The notes under the pieces are model-generated. The model made no database searches and had not been told where the DNA came from. It saw only the letters and a program-made list of their open reading frames with translations. A program made the translations under genes and the position numbers. Of a DNA stretch of 30,572 nt, positions 1 to 12,723 are shown piece by piece. The DNA comes from Octopus sinensis (Eukaryota): the NCBI RefSeq assembly GCF_006345805.1, contig NW_021832483.1:1-30572 (forward strand). The letters are read 5' to 3'. Numbering within the stretch: position 1 is the first letter of the stretch; every line of letters begins with the position of its first letter.

Positions 1-80
1 TATATATAGATATATATATATATATATATAGATAGATAGATGATAGATAGAATATAGAGATCGATAGATAGATAGATAGA
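1..80. repeat. (TA)n/(GATA)n microsatellite
   Basis: Directly visible TA and GATA runs. Confidence 0.95.
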
Positions 81-165
81 TGAAATTTTGAATTTAGTTC
101 ACGGATCCCCAGTACTACATTTGCGGACCACCAGGGATCTGCGGGCCCCAGGCTGGGGACCACTG
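81..165. mobile_element. Terminal fragment of a hAT (Charlie/Buster-like) DNA transposon or MITE
   Basis: Ends in GGCTGGGGACCACTG (151-165), i.e. CAGTGGTCCCCAGCC on the other strand, resembling hAT-Charlie TIRs. It is followed by CTATAGTA, an nnnTAnnn 8-mer. The other end is not in the window. Confidence 0.55.
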
Positions 166-240
166 CTATAGTAAAAGACACTTGCCCAAGGTGCCACGCA
201 GAGGGACTGAACCCAGAACCATGTGGTTGGGGAAGCAAAA
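166..240 (-). mobile_element. tRNA-derived CORE-like SINE (family B), 5' part, interrupted by the hAT end
   Basis: Matches the reverse complement of 3135-3235 and matches 30205-30280 (CTATAGTAAAAGACACTTGCCCAAGGTGCCACGCAG...GAACCATGTGGTTGG). Confidence 0.85.
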
Positions 241-530
241 GTGTGTGTGTGTGTGTGTGTGTGTATACTTAGATGTATATGTGCACATGCATGTATGTAT
301 ATATTTATGTGTATGTTTGTATGTATCTGTGTGTCGTATGTGCAACCAAGCATGTTACTGTTTGTGTTAATCTGTTTCGATTTGCTTACGCCCACCAACC
401 TCTGTGGACGTGTATATGGGTGTGTTTATATGTGTGTACGTGTATGATGTATGTCTCAATGTGTCTGTCTATACGTGTGTATATTTACATATATGAATGT
501 GTATATATGTGCGCGTAAGTCTATATTTGT
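241..530. repeat. Degenerate (TG)n/(TATG)n microsatellite
   Basis: Low-complexity TG/TATG run. It explains the spurious CV/YV ORFs. Confidence 0.9.
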
Positions 531-890
531 GGTTATGTACGTATATAGAAAGAGCTAAAAGTCTACAATATTTCACTTATTCCCACAATTCTAATAATGG
601 TCTGTAATTATATTATCTTAATTAGCCGTGTCCTTTCTGGTTTTATGAAACCTTTTAAGATTGTTGCCGAGAGACTTACATACAGCGAAACGCTCCAATA
701 ATTACAGCAATATACCCAAATTCAGAGCTAGGGCGGAGTATCCGCTGATTTCTCATTAGTTCGGCAACAGATACCTTATTTTTCTTTCATCTCCAAAATT
801 ATGTTAAGGTCAGCAGGATTAATGATTTGAACTTATGTGAACGATTTTTGTTCCTCATAATCCTATCGGGTCTATTATCCGTAACTCTAA

Positions 891-1267
891 GGCGGCGAGC
901 TGGCAGAATCGTTAGCACGCCGGGCGAAATGCTTAGCAGTATTTCGTCTGCCGTTACGTTCTGAGTTCAAATTCCGCCGAAGTCGACTTTGCCTTTCATC
1001 CTTTCGGGGTCGATAAATTAAGCACCAGTTACGCACTGGGGTCGATATAATCGACTTAATCCGTTTGTCTGTCCTTGTTTGTCCTCTCTGTGTTTAGCCC
1101 CTTGTGTATAGTAAAGAAATGGGCATTTCATCCGTCTTTACGTTCTGAGTCCAAATTCTGCCGAGGTCGACTTTGCCTTTCATTCTTTCGGGATCGATAG
1201 ATTAAGTAGCGGTCAAGTACTGGGGTCAACGTAATCGACTATCCCCCTCCCCACAAATTCCAAGCCT
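891..1267 (+). mobile_element. tRNA-derived SINE (family A), dimeric copy: full monomer 891-1120 plus 5'-truncated second monomer 1121-1267
   Basis: A-box-like TGGCAGAATCG and B-box-like GAGTTCAAATTCC. The central GTCGACTTTGCCTTTCATCCTTTCGGGGTCGATAAATTAAG block occurs twice and resembles the Meta/MESC-type conserved SINE domain (from memory, not searched). The same family recurs at 14128, 18350 and 20257. Confidence 0.9.
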
Positions 1268-1363
1268 CCTTCTTTCTTTCCTTTCCTGAGCGTCCAACAA
1301 CACTATACTTGTTTCCACGTCCTCGCGTTGTTGTGTTTTCTCTTTGTTCATGTTTGGATTAAC

Positions 1364-1366
<3 letters not shown>
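1268..1366 (+). mobile_element. 3' tail of a dispersed repeat (Penelope-like pLTR-type), same family as 28480-28730
   Basis: TTTCCTGAGCGTCCAACAACACTATACTTGTTTCCACGTCCTCGCGTTGTTG...CATGTTTGGATTAAC is nearly identical to 28650-28730. It ends at (TA)n. Confidence 0.7.
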
Positions 1367-1411
<45 letters not shown>

Positions 1412-1596
1412 CAACACACACCCCACACACACATACACACACACACACATATATATATATATACAGGTTTAAGGAAAGCGCTCTCACACACTAGAAAAAA
1501 AATTCTTCTCCCAAAAGGTTAATAGCAAAAGATTTCATAATATTTTTTTTAAAACCACCTTTGGACTTCAAAATCTGTATAAGTAATTCTCATAAA

Positions 1597-1598
1597 CT

Positions 1599-1679
<81 letters not shown>

Positions 1680-1760
1680 TATGGATATATATATATATAT
1701 TATAATATATATATATAGTAATATAGATATATATATATGTATATATATATGTATATATAT
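1597..1760. repeat. (TA)n microsatellite
   Basis: Direct. Confidence 0.95.
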
Positions 1761-2629
1761 TGATATGGAGGTAAGTTGAGAAACAAAGTGCTATGGCCTG
1801 GTTTCGGAGTTTGGCGCCATACAGACGGGAAAAGCTTTTTGTCCTGTCAATTTCTAAAGAATTAATGAGTTTGGAAAATACCTCTGACCCTTTTCCGGTC
1901 AAGCAAAGTTTAAGAAACCACCCTTTAAAATGCGGCGAGTTGTGAGTTTGTGGGTCAGTTCTGCCTGAGACAGTGAGTTGGCAACAGGTGCAGTCGGGAG
2001 AGGCTACGACAGGAATGACAGGCGTGGCGAGAAAGACATACACAGAGGATTGAGGAGGTGAGAGAGATTACGGCGAGAAGGCATGGCTATTGTAGTAGGA
2101 GCTTGTAACGAGAAAACATGTGGTATGTTTTGTTTATGTTTTTGGTGTTGACATGTAAAAAGAATTGTGTCAAAAAAAGAGAAGGAAAAGAAGGGAAAAG
2201 AACATTGTGAATTGTGTTAAAGAGAAAAAGAAAGAAAGAGAAAGACTTTCATGTTGAACTGTTTCGAACTGTATTGGGTTGAACATTATTTGTTTTGATT
2301 GTTTTCGGACGTTCTGTATCGTGCATGCCTTTGTTGTTTTTTCATTTTAATTCTGTTGCATGTTTTTTTCTTTAATGTATCTGCCATGTATCACATTTTA
2401 TTTGATGTTGTAATAATTGTATAAACTGTTCTTAAACATAAGCTACTGCCTTCCGCCGTGTCTATCTCTTCCTGCTGTTGTTGTTATCTCTGGTTACCGG
2501 TTCGAGTTCGCTGCCGTTCCCACCACCGTTTTCTCTGTGGCGGATTCCGTTCGACTGAGCCTGGTCAATCGTCGTCGCTCGACTTAGTAGGGTCCCGGGT
2601 TCGAGTTGAGCGACGGCAGGTTCGTAACA
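1761..2629 (+). mobile_element. Probable solo LTR (Gypsy-like), 869 bp
   Basis: Begins TGATATG and ends CGTAACA (degenerate TG...CA inverted termini, 5/7), with ATAT on both sides. TATA-like TTTAAAA (1924-1930) is followed by Inr-like TCAGTT (1955-1960). The TSD is uninformative because the element sits in (TA)n. Confidence 0.45.
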
Positions 2630-2654
2630 ATATATATATATGCATGTATACATG

Positions 2655-2726
<72 letters not shown>

Positions 2727-3134
2727 TGTATGTATGTATACATGCCTACATGTTCAATCTCATGCGGACGTCTCGTGTATAGTTTTGCACATTATATTTT
2801 GCTATGACGATCACACTGATGAGTTGCGGACAATTACGTAAGTAAATACGCAAGTGGTAGCAACGAAACTGGGTTTGTGATTAATCCTTATATTTTGTAT
2901 CTTTTCATTTGTCTCGCTCGCTTACGTTCTGGCGTTTGCTAAATTTTCTTGAGAACAATCCTTTCTTCGGGGTAAGACCATAGGGGGTCTACTTCTAGCA
3001 TAATGGATGTCCACTTATATGTATGAAATATAATTTTTCTGAATCTTCAGATTTTTCAATATGCTAGACCACTGGTTTTAAATTGATATTAATCAAATTA
3101 ATATTCAATTTTTCACCTTTATTATTTAAAACAT

Positions 3135-3628
3135 AGGCGTAGGAGTGGCTGTGTGGTAAGTAGCTTGCATACCAACCATATGGTTCCGGGTTCAGTCCCG
3201 CTGCGTGGCACCTTGGATAAGTGTCTTCTACTATAGCCTCGGACTGACCAAAGCCTTGTGAGTGGATTTGGTAGACGGAAACTGAAAGAAGCCCGTCGTA
3301 TATATATTAATGTATTATATTATATGTATGTAATGTAAATGTATTTATGTATGTATTATTATTATGTTTGTATGCATGCATGCATGCATGCATGTCTGTC
3401 TGTCTGTCTGTATGTATGTATGTGTGTGTGTGTGTGTATGCTTGTGTGTCTGTGTTTGTCCCCCTAACATCGATGTTGGGTGGTTACAGCCACGTCACTT
3501 AGCGGTTCGGCAAGAGAAACGATAGAATAAGTACTAGGCTTACAAAGAATAAGTCCCGGGGTCGATTTGCTCGGCTAAAGGCCGTGCTCCAGCATGGCCG
3601 CAGTCAAATGACTGAAACAAATAAAAAG
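3135..3628 (+). mobile_element. tRNA-derived CORE-like SINE (family B), full copy with internal microsatellite
   Basis: A-box TGGCTGTGTGG and B-box GGGTTCAGTCCC. CORE-like GGCACCTTGGATAAGTGTCTTCTACTATAGCCTC. The central TA/TGCA/TCTG/TG microsatellite spans 3300-3445. The 3' part ends GACTGAAACAAATAAAAAG. Confidence 0.9.
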
Positions 3629-3781
3629 AAAAAATATATATAAATATATATACATAAATATATATATATGGGTGGGGTGGGTGGAGGTGCGAGCATGAGT
3701 GCACTTATATTTATGTGTGTATTTGTTTCTATTTATCACACGATAAGCTGGACTTTCTTCACACGAGGCTATATATATATA

Positions 3782-5068
3782 CGAATGAGAGTCGAAAATT
3801 ACATGCACTCTTATTTTTTAATATATTTACACAAAAGCAGAGGAGAAACAGGTACGTCATTTTCCCATATAGTCCCTCTCCTTTTCGATGCACTTGGTCC
3901 AGCGGTCCACAAGTTTGCATAAGAAGTTTCGGTTGGTCGTGCAACCATTTAAACACCGCTTCCGTCACATCTTCATCTGTCGGAAATCGAAACCTCGTAA
4001 ACCACCTGTGAGTGGTCCAAAGATATGATAGTCAGAAAGGGGAAGATCTGGGCTGTAGGCAAAGTGTTCCAGCACCTTAAAATCCAATTGGTTAGTGGTT
4101 TCAACGGTCTGGGCAGTCGTGTGTGGGCATGCATTGTCACGCATCAACAAAACTTTCTTCAACAATAAACGTTTGGTGCGAATTGCTGGCTTCAGTTCGT
4201 TGGCCAGCGAAGCACTGTGTCTGGCACTGTTGATCGTAGACTCATTTTCCAGATAGTCTTCCAGTATAGGCCCTTTTGAGTCCCCAAAAATGGTTAGCAT
4301 CACCTTTCCCGCAGAAACTGAGTCTTGAATTTCTTCGTCGTTGGCAAGCCAGGATGTTTCCAGTCCATTCTCTGTCTTTTGGATTCTGCCTCATAATGAT
4401 GGACCCACATTTCATCTCCTGTGACTATTCTGCGCAAAAATTCCTCGCCCTCGTTGTAGCGATTGAATGAACGTTGGCAGACCCCAAGACGTTTTCACCT
4501 GTGCTCTGCGCTAAGCTCTCTTGGCACCCATCTTGCACAGACTTTATGGAAGCCGAGATCATCGTGGATGATTTGATAGGTAGAACCTTGACTAATCTAC
4601 AAAGAACGCGTTACCTCATCGATAATGATTCGCCGCTTCACCATTAACATCTCTCTAGCTTACTGAATCTCCTCGTCAGTGGCTGAGGTTGGCGGTCGTT
4701 CTGCTCCCGATTCGTACGCCACGCTTTGTCTGGCCACTTTTAGACTTCTTGATCCACTAATACACAGTTCTACGTGGTTGTGCCCTGTCCCCATATTGTG
4801 CTAAAATTCTCCGATGAATTTCAGCACCTGACACACCTTCCGAGCAGAGAAATCAGATCCCTGTACATTGTTCTTGTTCGATGCACATCGCTAGTGGGGC
4901 GGCCATGCTTACACTGTAAGACCAGAAAGAAAAATGGCGCGATTAGGCTCAAACTTCGATCACGTGAGCACGATAGTATCGTCTATAAGGACGCATGCGC
5001 AGAAGGCGGTGGACCAATAATAAAGATATATTGTGGCAAAAGTGCAAATTAGTTTTGACTTACCCTCG
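3782..5068 (-). mobile_element. Full-length (1287 bp) decayed mariner DNA transposon
   Basis: Imperfect 28-bp TIRs (CGAATGAGAGTCGAAAATTACATGCACT vs CGAGGGTAAGTCAAAACTAATTTGCACT, 19/28 identical) with TA on both sides. A transposase remnant lies inside. Confidence 0.9.
3857..4906 (-). pseudogene. Mariner transposase pseudogene (DD34D)
   Basis: N-terminus MAAPLAMCIEQEQ...GVSGAEIHRRILAQYGD. Catalytic segment DNACPH...YSPDLPLSDY has 34 residues between the two aspartates. C-terminus LVDRWTKCIEKERDYMGK*. Contains internal stops and frameshifts. Confidence 0.93.
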
Positions 5069-5140
<72 letters not shown>

Positions 5141-5171
5141 TGTGTGTGTGTATGTGTGTGTGTGTGTGTGT

Positions 5172-5452
5172 GGAGGTGGTAGGGCAGCGGACTCGCGATT
5201 TCGATTCCCAGACCAGGCGTTGTGAGTGTTTATTGAGCGAAAACACCTAAAGCTCCACGAGGTTCCAGTAGGGGGTGGTGTCGATCCCTGCTATACTCTT
5301 TCGCCACAACTTTCTCTCACTCTTCCTTCTGTTGGCCTGCTTGCTTAGCCAGTGGGGTGGCATCGTTTGAAGGCTAAAACAATGCAAAGCACATTGTGAC
5401 CAGCAATGTGTAGCAAGATCATGATAGCCTGGTCGGTCAAGGTGATCGCGGT
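5172..5452 (+). mobile_element. tRNA-derived SINE (family C)
   Basis: B-box-like TTCGATTCC head. Its 3' part (GCTTAGCCAGTGGGGTGGCATCGTTTGAAGGCTAAAACAATG...) recurs inverted at 13914-14022. Confidence 0.75.
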
Positions 5453-5464
5453 GTATATATATAT

Positions 5465-5510
<46 letters not shown>

Positions 5511-5512
<2 letters not shown>

Positions 5513-5667
5513 GACGAATAAGAAATGGAGGAAAAACAAGAAATAGAAGTGTGTCTGTAGTGTTAGAAAGCCATTATTTAATTAGTAATTAATTAATTAA
5601 ATATCGGCATTTTAGCACCACAGACACACTTCTATTTGTTGTTTTTTTCTCCATTTTCTTTCGTCTG
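5511..5667. mobile_element. 157-bp fold-back element (MITE-like) between TA repeats
   Basis: 5512-5562 is an imperfect reverse complement of ~5616-5666. Pairing continues inward almost to the centre (~5589). Confidence 0.65.
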
Positions 5668-5857
5668 TATATACATTAAACTACGGTTTACCTCTTAAAT
5701 TACCTGCTGCTGTATTCCTTATACCAAGGACCATACTTACTGAGGTAATTTCCAGGAGTGTGTTTGGATACTTCTATCGTTTAGAGGACTTAACACCTCT
5801 TAACTTATCTTACATAACACAACACACACACACGCATATAATATTATACTATATATA

Positions 5858-5900
<43 letters not shown>

Positions 5901-5907
<7 letters not shown>

Positions 5908-8900
5908 AAAGGCTTAGTAAAATAAATTACTTTGCCGCATACTGAACTCATTAGAAATAGCAGCTAAAAAACTTTTTTAAGGCTATTTCTAATACTTAAA
6001 GAAAATCTCTCTCATATATAGTTTTGCATAATTTAACTCACAAAAGTTTGGGGGTAATGACATCGAAAAATCAAATGCTAAGGTTATTCGAGAACGTACG
6101 TTTCAAGATTAGTCAAACACATTTCTATCATCGGCTCGGAAATTCCTTGGTTTGGATTTGGAAACACTGAAAATAAAACATACCCTCTCGAAGATCTGCT
6201 CCCAACTAACAGTGCCAGCAAATTCAAAATAAGCAAGCGAAGAATCTCTGTTCTCCCCTTTCCACCAGCGTGGGTTAAAATCATCAAACTCTATGCTTAT
6301 TTCGGTAAAGTCCGAAGCATTAATGCAGAGGGAGATTTATATTTCAACAATGAGGGCAAAATTAATTAATTATTAATCATTTCACCAAGTGTTCAGTATG
6401 CAAAGGGACCATTCAAGGCGATTTCAAATTATTACATTATATAAAAGGGCTTAGTAAAATAAATTACTTTGCCGCTACTGAACTCATTAGAAATAGCAGC
6501 TAAAAAACTTTTTTAAGGCTATTTCTAATACTTAAAGAAAATCTCTCTCATATATAGTGTTTGCATAATTAACTCACAAAAGTTTTTGGGGTAATGACAT
6601 CGAAAAATCAAATGCTAAGGTTATTCGAGAACGTACGTTTCAAGATTAGTCAAAACAACATTTCTATCATCGGCTCGGAAATTCCTGGTTTGGATTTGGA
6701 TACACTGAAAATAAGAACATACCCTCTCGAAGATCTGCTCCCAACTAACAGTGCCAGCAAATTCAAAATAAGCAAGCGAAGAATCTCTGTTCTCCCCTTT
6801 CCACCATCGTGGGTTAAAATCATCAAACTCTATGCTTATTTCGGTAAAGTCCGAAGCATTAATCAGAGAGATTAATTATAATTTCAACAATTGAGGCAAA
6901 ATTAATTAATTATTAATCAATTTCACCAAGTGTTCAGTATGCAAAGGGACCATTCAAGGCGATTTCAATTATTACATTATATAAAAGGGCTTAGTAAAAT
7001 AAATTACTTTGCCGCATACTGACTCATTAGAAATAGCAGCTAAAAAAAAACTTTTTTAAGGCTATTTCTAATACTTAAAGAAAATCTCTCTCATATATAG
7101 TGTTTGCATAATTTAACTCACAAAAGTTTGGGGGTAATGACATCGAAAAATCAAATGCTAAGGTTATTCGAGAACGTACGTTTCAAGATTAGTCAAAACA
7201 CCATTTCTATCATCGGCTCGGAATTCCTTGGTTTGGATTTGGAAACACTGAAATAAGAACATACCCTCTCGAAGATCTGCTCCCACTAACAGTGCCAGCA
7301 AATTCAAAATAAGCAAGCGAAGAATCTCTGTTCTCCCTTTCCACCAGCGTGGGTAAAATCATCAAACTCTATGCTTATTTCGGTAAGTCCGAAGCATTAA
7401 TCAGAGGGAGATTAATTATAATTTCAACAATTGAGGGCAAAATTAATTAATTATTAATCAATTTCACCAAGTGTTCAGTATGCAAAGGGACCATTCAAGG
7501 CGATTTCAAATTATTACATTATATAAAAGGGCTTAGTAAAATAAATTACTTTGCCGCATACTGAACTCATTAGAAATAGCAGCTAAAAAACTTTTTTAAG
7601 GCTATTTCTATCTTAAAGAAAATCTCTCTCATATATAGTGTTTGCATAATTTAACTCACAAAAGTTTGGGGTTAATGACATCGAAAAATCAAATGCTAAG
7701 GTTATTCGAGAACGTACGTTTCAAGATTAGTCAAAACAACATTTCTATCATCGGCTCGGAAATTCCTTGGTTTGGATTTGGAAACACTGAAAATAAGAAC
7801 ATACCCTCTCGAAGATCTCTCTCCCAACTAACAGTGCCAGCAAACTTCAAAATAAGCAAGCGAAGAATCTCTGTTCTCCCTTTCCACCAGCGTGGTTTAA
7901 AATCATCAACTCTATGCTTATTTCGGTAAAGTCCGAAACATTAATCAGAGGGAGATTAATTATAATTTCAACAATTGAGGGCAAAATTAATTAATTATTA
8001 ATCAATTTCACCAAGTGTTCAGTATGCAAAGGGACCATTCAAGGCGATTTCAAATTATTACATTATAATAAAGGGCTAGTAAAATAAATTACTTTGCCGC
8101 ATACTGAACTCATTAGAAATAGCAGCTAAAAAACTTTTTTAAGGCTATTTCTAATACTTAAGAAAATCTCTCTCATATATAGTGTTGCATAATTAACTCA
8201 CAAAAGTTTGGGGGTAATGACTCGAAAAATCAAATGCTAAGGTTATTCGAGAACGTACGTTTCAAGATAGTCAAACAACATTCTATCATCGGCTCGGAAA
8301 TTCCTTGGTTTGGATTTGGAAACACTGAAAATAAGAACCTACCCTCTCGAAGATCTGCCTCCCAACTAACAGTGGCAGCAAATTCAAAATAAGCAAGCGA
8401 AGATCTCTGTTCTCCTCCCCTTTCCACCAGCGTGGGTTAAAATCATCAAACTCTATGCTTATTTCGGTAAAGTCCGAAGCATTAATCAGAGGGAGATTAA
8501 TTATAATTTCAACAATTGAGGGCAAAATTAATTAATTATTAATCAATTTCACCAAGTGTTCAGTATGCAAAGGGACCATTCAAGGCGATTTCAAATTATT
8601 ACATTATATAAAAGGGCTTAGTAAAATAAATTACTTTGCCGCATACTGACTCATTAGAAATAGCAGCCTAAAAAACTTTTTTAAGGCTATTTCTAATACT
8701 TAAAGAAAATCTCTCTCATATATAGTGTTTGCATAATTTAACTCACAATTTGGGGGTAATGACATCGAAAAGTCAAATGCTAAGGTTATTCGAGAACGTA
8801 CGTTCAAGATTGTCAAAACAACATTTCTATCATCGGCTCGGAAATTCCTTGGTTTGGATTTGGAAACACTGAAAATAAGAACATACCCTCTCGAAGATCT

Positions 8901-11900
8901 GCTCCCAACTAACAGTGCCAGCAAATTCAAAATAAGCAAGCGAAGAATCTCTGTTCTCCCCTTTCCACCAGCGTGGGTTAAAATCATCAAACTCTATGCT
9001 TATTTCGGTAAAGTCCGAAGCATTAATCATAGGGAGATTAATTATAATTTCAACAATTGAGGGCAAAATTAATTAATTATTAATCATTTCACCAAGTGTT
9101 CAGTATGGCAAAGGGAACCATCAAGGCGATTTCAAATTATTACATTATATAAAAGGGCTTAGTAAAATAAATTACTTTGCCGCATACTGAACTCATTAGA
9201 AATAGCAGCTAAAAAACTTTTTAAGGCTATTTCTAATACTTAAAGAAAATCTCTCTCATATATAGTGTTTGGCATAATTTAACTCACAAAAGTTTGGGGG
9301 GGTAATGACATCGAAAAATCAAATGCTAAGGTTATTCGAGAACGTACGTTTCAAGATTAGTCAAAACAACATTTCTATCATCGGCTCGGATTCCTTGGTT
9401 TGGATTTGGAAACACTGAAAATAAGAACATACCCTCTCGAAGATCTGCTCCCAACTAACAGTGCCAGCAAATTCAAAATAAGCAAGCGAAGAATCTCTGT
9501 TCTCCCTTTCCACCAGCGTGGGTTAAAATCATCAAACTCTATGCTTATTTCGGTAAAGTCCGAAGCATTAATCAGAGGAGATTAATTATAATTTCAACAA
9601 TTGAGGGCAAAATTAATTAATTATTATCAATTTCACCAGTGTTTCAGTATGCAAAGGGACCATTCAAGGCGATTTCAAATTATTACATTATATAAAAGGG
9701 CTTAGTAAAATAAATTACTTTGCGCATACTGAACTCATTAGAAATAGCAGCTAAAAAACTTTTTTAAGGCTATTTCTAATACTTAAAGAAAATCTCTCTC
9801 ATATATAGTGTTTGCATAATTTAACTCACAAAAGTTTGGGGGTAATGACATCGAAAAATCAAATGCTAAGGTTATTCGAGAACGTACGTTTCAAGATTAG
9901 TCAAAACAACATTTCTATCATCGGCTCGGAAATTCCTTGGTTTGGATTTGGAACACTGAAAATAAGAACATACCTCTCGAAGATCTGCTCCCAACTAACA
10001 GTGCAGCAAAATCAAAATAAGCAAGCGAAGAATCTCTGTTCTCCCCTTTCCACCAGCGTGGGTTAAACATCAAACTCTATGCTTATTTCGGTAAAGTCCG
10101 AAGCATTAATCAGAGGGAGATTAATATAATTTCAACAATTGAGGGCAAAATTAATTAATTATTAATCAATTTCACCAGTGTTTCAGTATGCAAAGGGACC
10201 ATTCAAGGCGATTTCAAATTATTACATTATATAAAAGGGCTTAGTAAAATAAATTACTTTGCCGCATACTGAACTCATTAGAAATAGCAGCTAAAAAACT
10301 TTTTTAAGGCTATTTCTAATACTTAAAGAAAATCTCTCTCATATATAGTGTTTGCATAATTTAACTCACAAAAGTTTGGGGGTAATGACATCGAAAAATC
10401 AAATGCTAAGGTTATTCGAGAACGTACGTTTCAAGATTAGTCAAACACAACATTTCTATCATCGGCTCGGAAATTCCTTGGTTTGGATTTGGAACACTGA
10501 AAATAAGAACATACCCTCTCGAAGATCTGCTCCCAACTAACAGTGCCAGCAATTCAAAATAAGCAAGCGAAGAATCTCTGTTCTCCCCTTTCCACCAGCG
10601 TGGGTTAAAATCATCAAACTCTATGCTTATTTCGTTAAGTCCGAAGCATTAATCAGAGGGAGATTAATTATAATTTCAACAATTGAGGGCAAAATTAATT
10701 AATATTAATCAATTTCACCAAGTGTTCAGTATGCAAAGGGACCATTCAAGGCGATTTCAAATTATTACATTATATAAAAGGCTTAGTAAAATAAATTACT
10801 TGCCGCATACTGAACTCATTAGAAATAGCAGCTAAAAAACTTTTTTAAGGCTATTCTAATACTTAAAGAAAATCTCTCTCATAATAGTGTTTGCATAATT
10901 TAACTCACAAAAGTTTGGGGGTAATGACATCGAAAAATCAAATGCTAAGGTTATTCGAGAACGTACGTTTCAAGATTAGTCAAAACAACATTTCTATCAT
11001 CGGCTCGGAATTCCTTGGTTTGGATTTGAAACACTGAAAATAAGAACATACCCTCTCGAAGATCGGCTCCCACTAACAGTGCCAGCAAATTCAAAATAAG
11101 CAAGCGAGAATCTCTGTTCTCCCCCTTTCCCCCCCACACGTGGGTTAAAATCATCAAACTCTATGCTTATTTCGGTAAGTCCGAAGCATAATCAGAGGAG
11201 ATTAATTATAATTTCAACAATTGAGGGCAAAATTAATTAATTATTAATCAATTTCACCAAGTGTTCAGTATGCAAAGGGACCATTCAAGGCGATTTCAAA
11301 TTATTACATTATATAAAAGGGCTTAGTAAAATAATTACTTTGCCGCATACTGAACTCATTAGAAATAGCAGCTAAAAAACTTTTTTAAGGCTATTTCTAA
11401 TACTTAAGAAAATCTCTCTCATATATAGTGTTTGCATAATTTAACTCACAAAAATTTGGGGTAATGACATCGAAAAATCAAATGCTAAGGTTATTCGAGA
11501 ACGTACGTTTCAAGATTAGTCAAAACAACATTTCTATCATCATCGGCTCGGAAATTCCTTGGTTTGGATTTGGAAACACTGAAAATAAGAACATACCCTC
11601 TCGAAGATCTGCTCCCACTACAGTGCAGCAAATTCAAAATAAGCAACGAAGAATCTCTGTTCTCCCCTTTCCACCAGCGTGGGTTAAAATCATCAAACTC
11701 TATGCTTATTTCGGTAAAGTCCGAAGCATTAATCAGAGGGAGATTATTATAATTTCAACAATTGAGGGCAAAATTAATTAATTATTAATCAATTTCACCA
11801 AGTGTTCAGTATGCAAAGGGACCATTCAAGGCGATTTCAAATTATTACATTATATAAAAGGGCTTAGTAAAATAAATTACTTTGCCGCATACTGAACTCA

Positions 11901-12723
11901 TTAGAAATAGCAGCTAAAAAACTTTTTTAAGGCTATTCTAATACTTAAAGAAAATCTCTCTCTATATAGTGTTTGCATAATTTACTCACAAAAGTTTGGG
12001 GGTAATGACATCGAAAAATCAAATGCTAAGGTTATTCGAGAACGTACGTTTCAAGATTAGTCAAAACAACATTTCTATCATCGGCTCGAAATTCCTTGGT
12101 TTGGATTTGGAAACACTGAAAAAAACATACCCTCTCAAGATCTGCTCCCAACTAACAGTGCCAGCAAATTCAAAATAAGCAAGCGAAGAATCTCTGTTCT
12201 CCCCTTTCCACCAGCGTGGGTTAAAATCATCAAACTCTATGCTTATTTCGGTAAAGTCCGAAGCATTAATCAGAGGAGATTAATTATAATTTCAACAATT
12301 GAGGGCAAAATTAATTAATTATTAATCAATTTCACCAAGTGTTCAGTATGCAAAGGGACCATTCAAGGCGATTTCAAATTATTACATTATATAAAAGGGC
12401 TTAGTAAAATAAATTACTTTGCCGCATACTGAACTCATTAGAAATAGCAGCTAAAAAAAAACTTTTTTAAGGCTATTTCTAATACTTAAAGAAAATCTCT
12501 CTCATATATAGTGTTTGCATAATTTAACTCACAAAAGTTTGGGGGTAATGACATCGAAAAATCAAATGCTAAGGTTATTCGAGAACGTACGTTTCAAGAT
12601 TAGTCAAAACACATTTTCTATCATCGGCTCGGAAATTCCTTGGTTTGGATTTGGAAACACTGAAAATAAGACATACCCTCTCGAAGATCTGCTCCCAACT
12701 AACAGTGCCAGCAAATTCAAAAT
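5901..12723 (-). repeat. Tandem array of ~540-bp units (12 complete + partial 13th), hammerhead-bearing strand is minus
   Basis: Unit starts (TTATATAAAAGG) at about 5901, 6437, 6977, 7519, 8063, 8604, 9145, 9688, 10227, 10770, 11309, 11850 and 12387. Differences between units are mostly 1-bp indels. Confidence 0.98.
6087..6141 (-). ncRNA. Type I minimal hammerhead ribozyme-like motif (first unit; repeated in every unit of the left arm)
   Basis: Plus strand TTCGAG-AAC-GTAC-GTTTC...TCATCGG-CTCGGAA is the reverse complement of the motif detailed at 12931-12987. Confidence 0.6.

Noticed and set aside
3135-3210. tRNA gene
   Set aside because: This is a tRNA-like SINE head with A/B boxes but no complete cloverleaf, and it continues into the SINE body.
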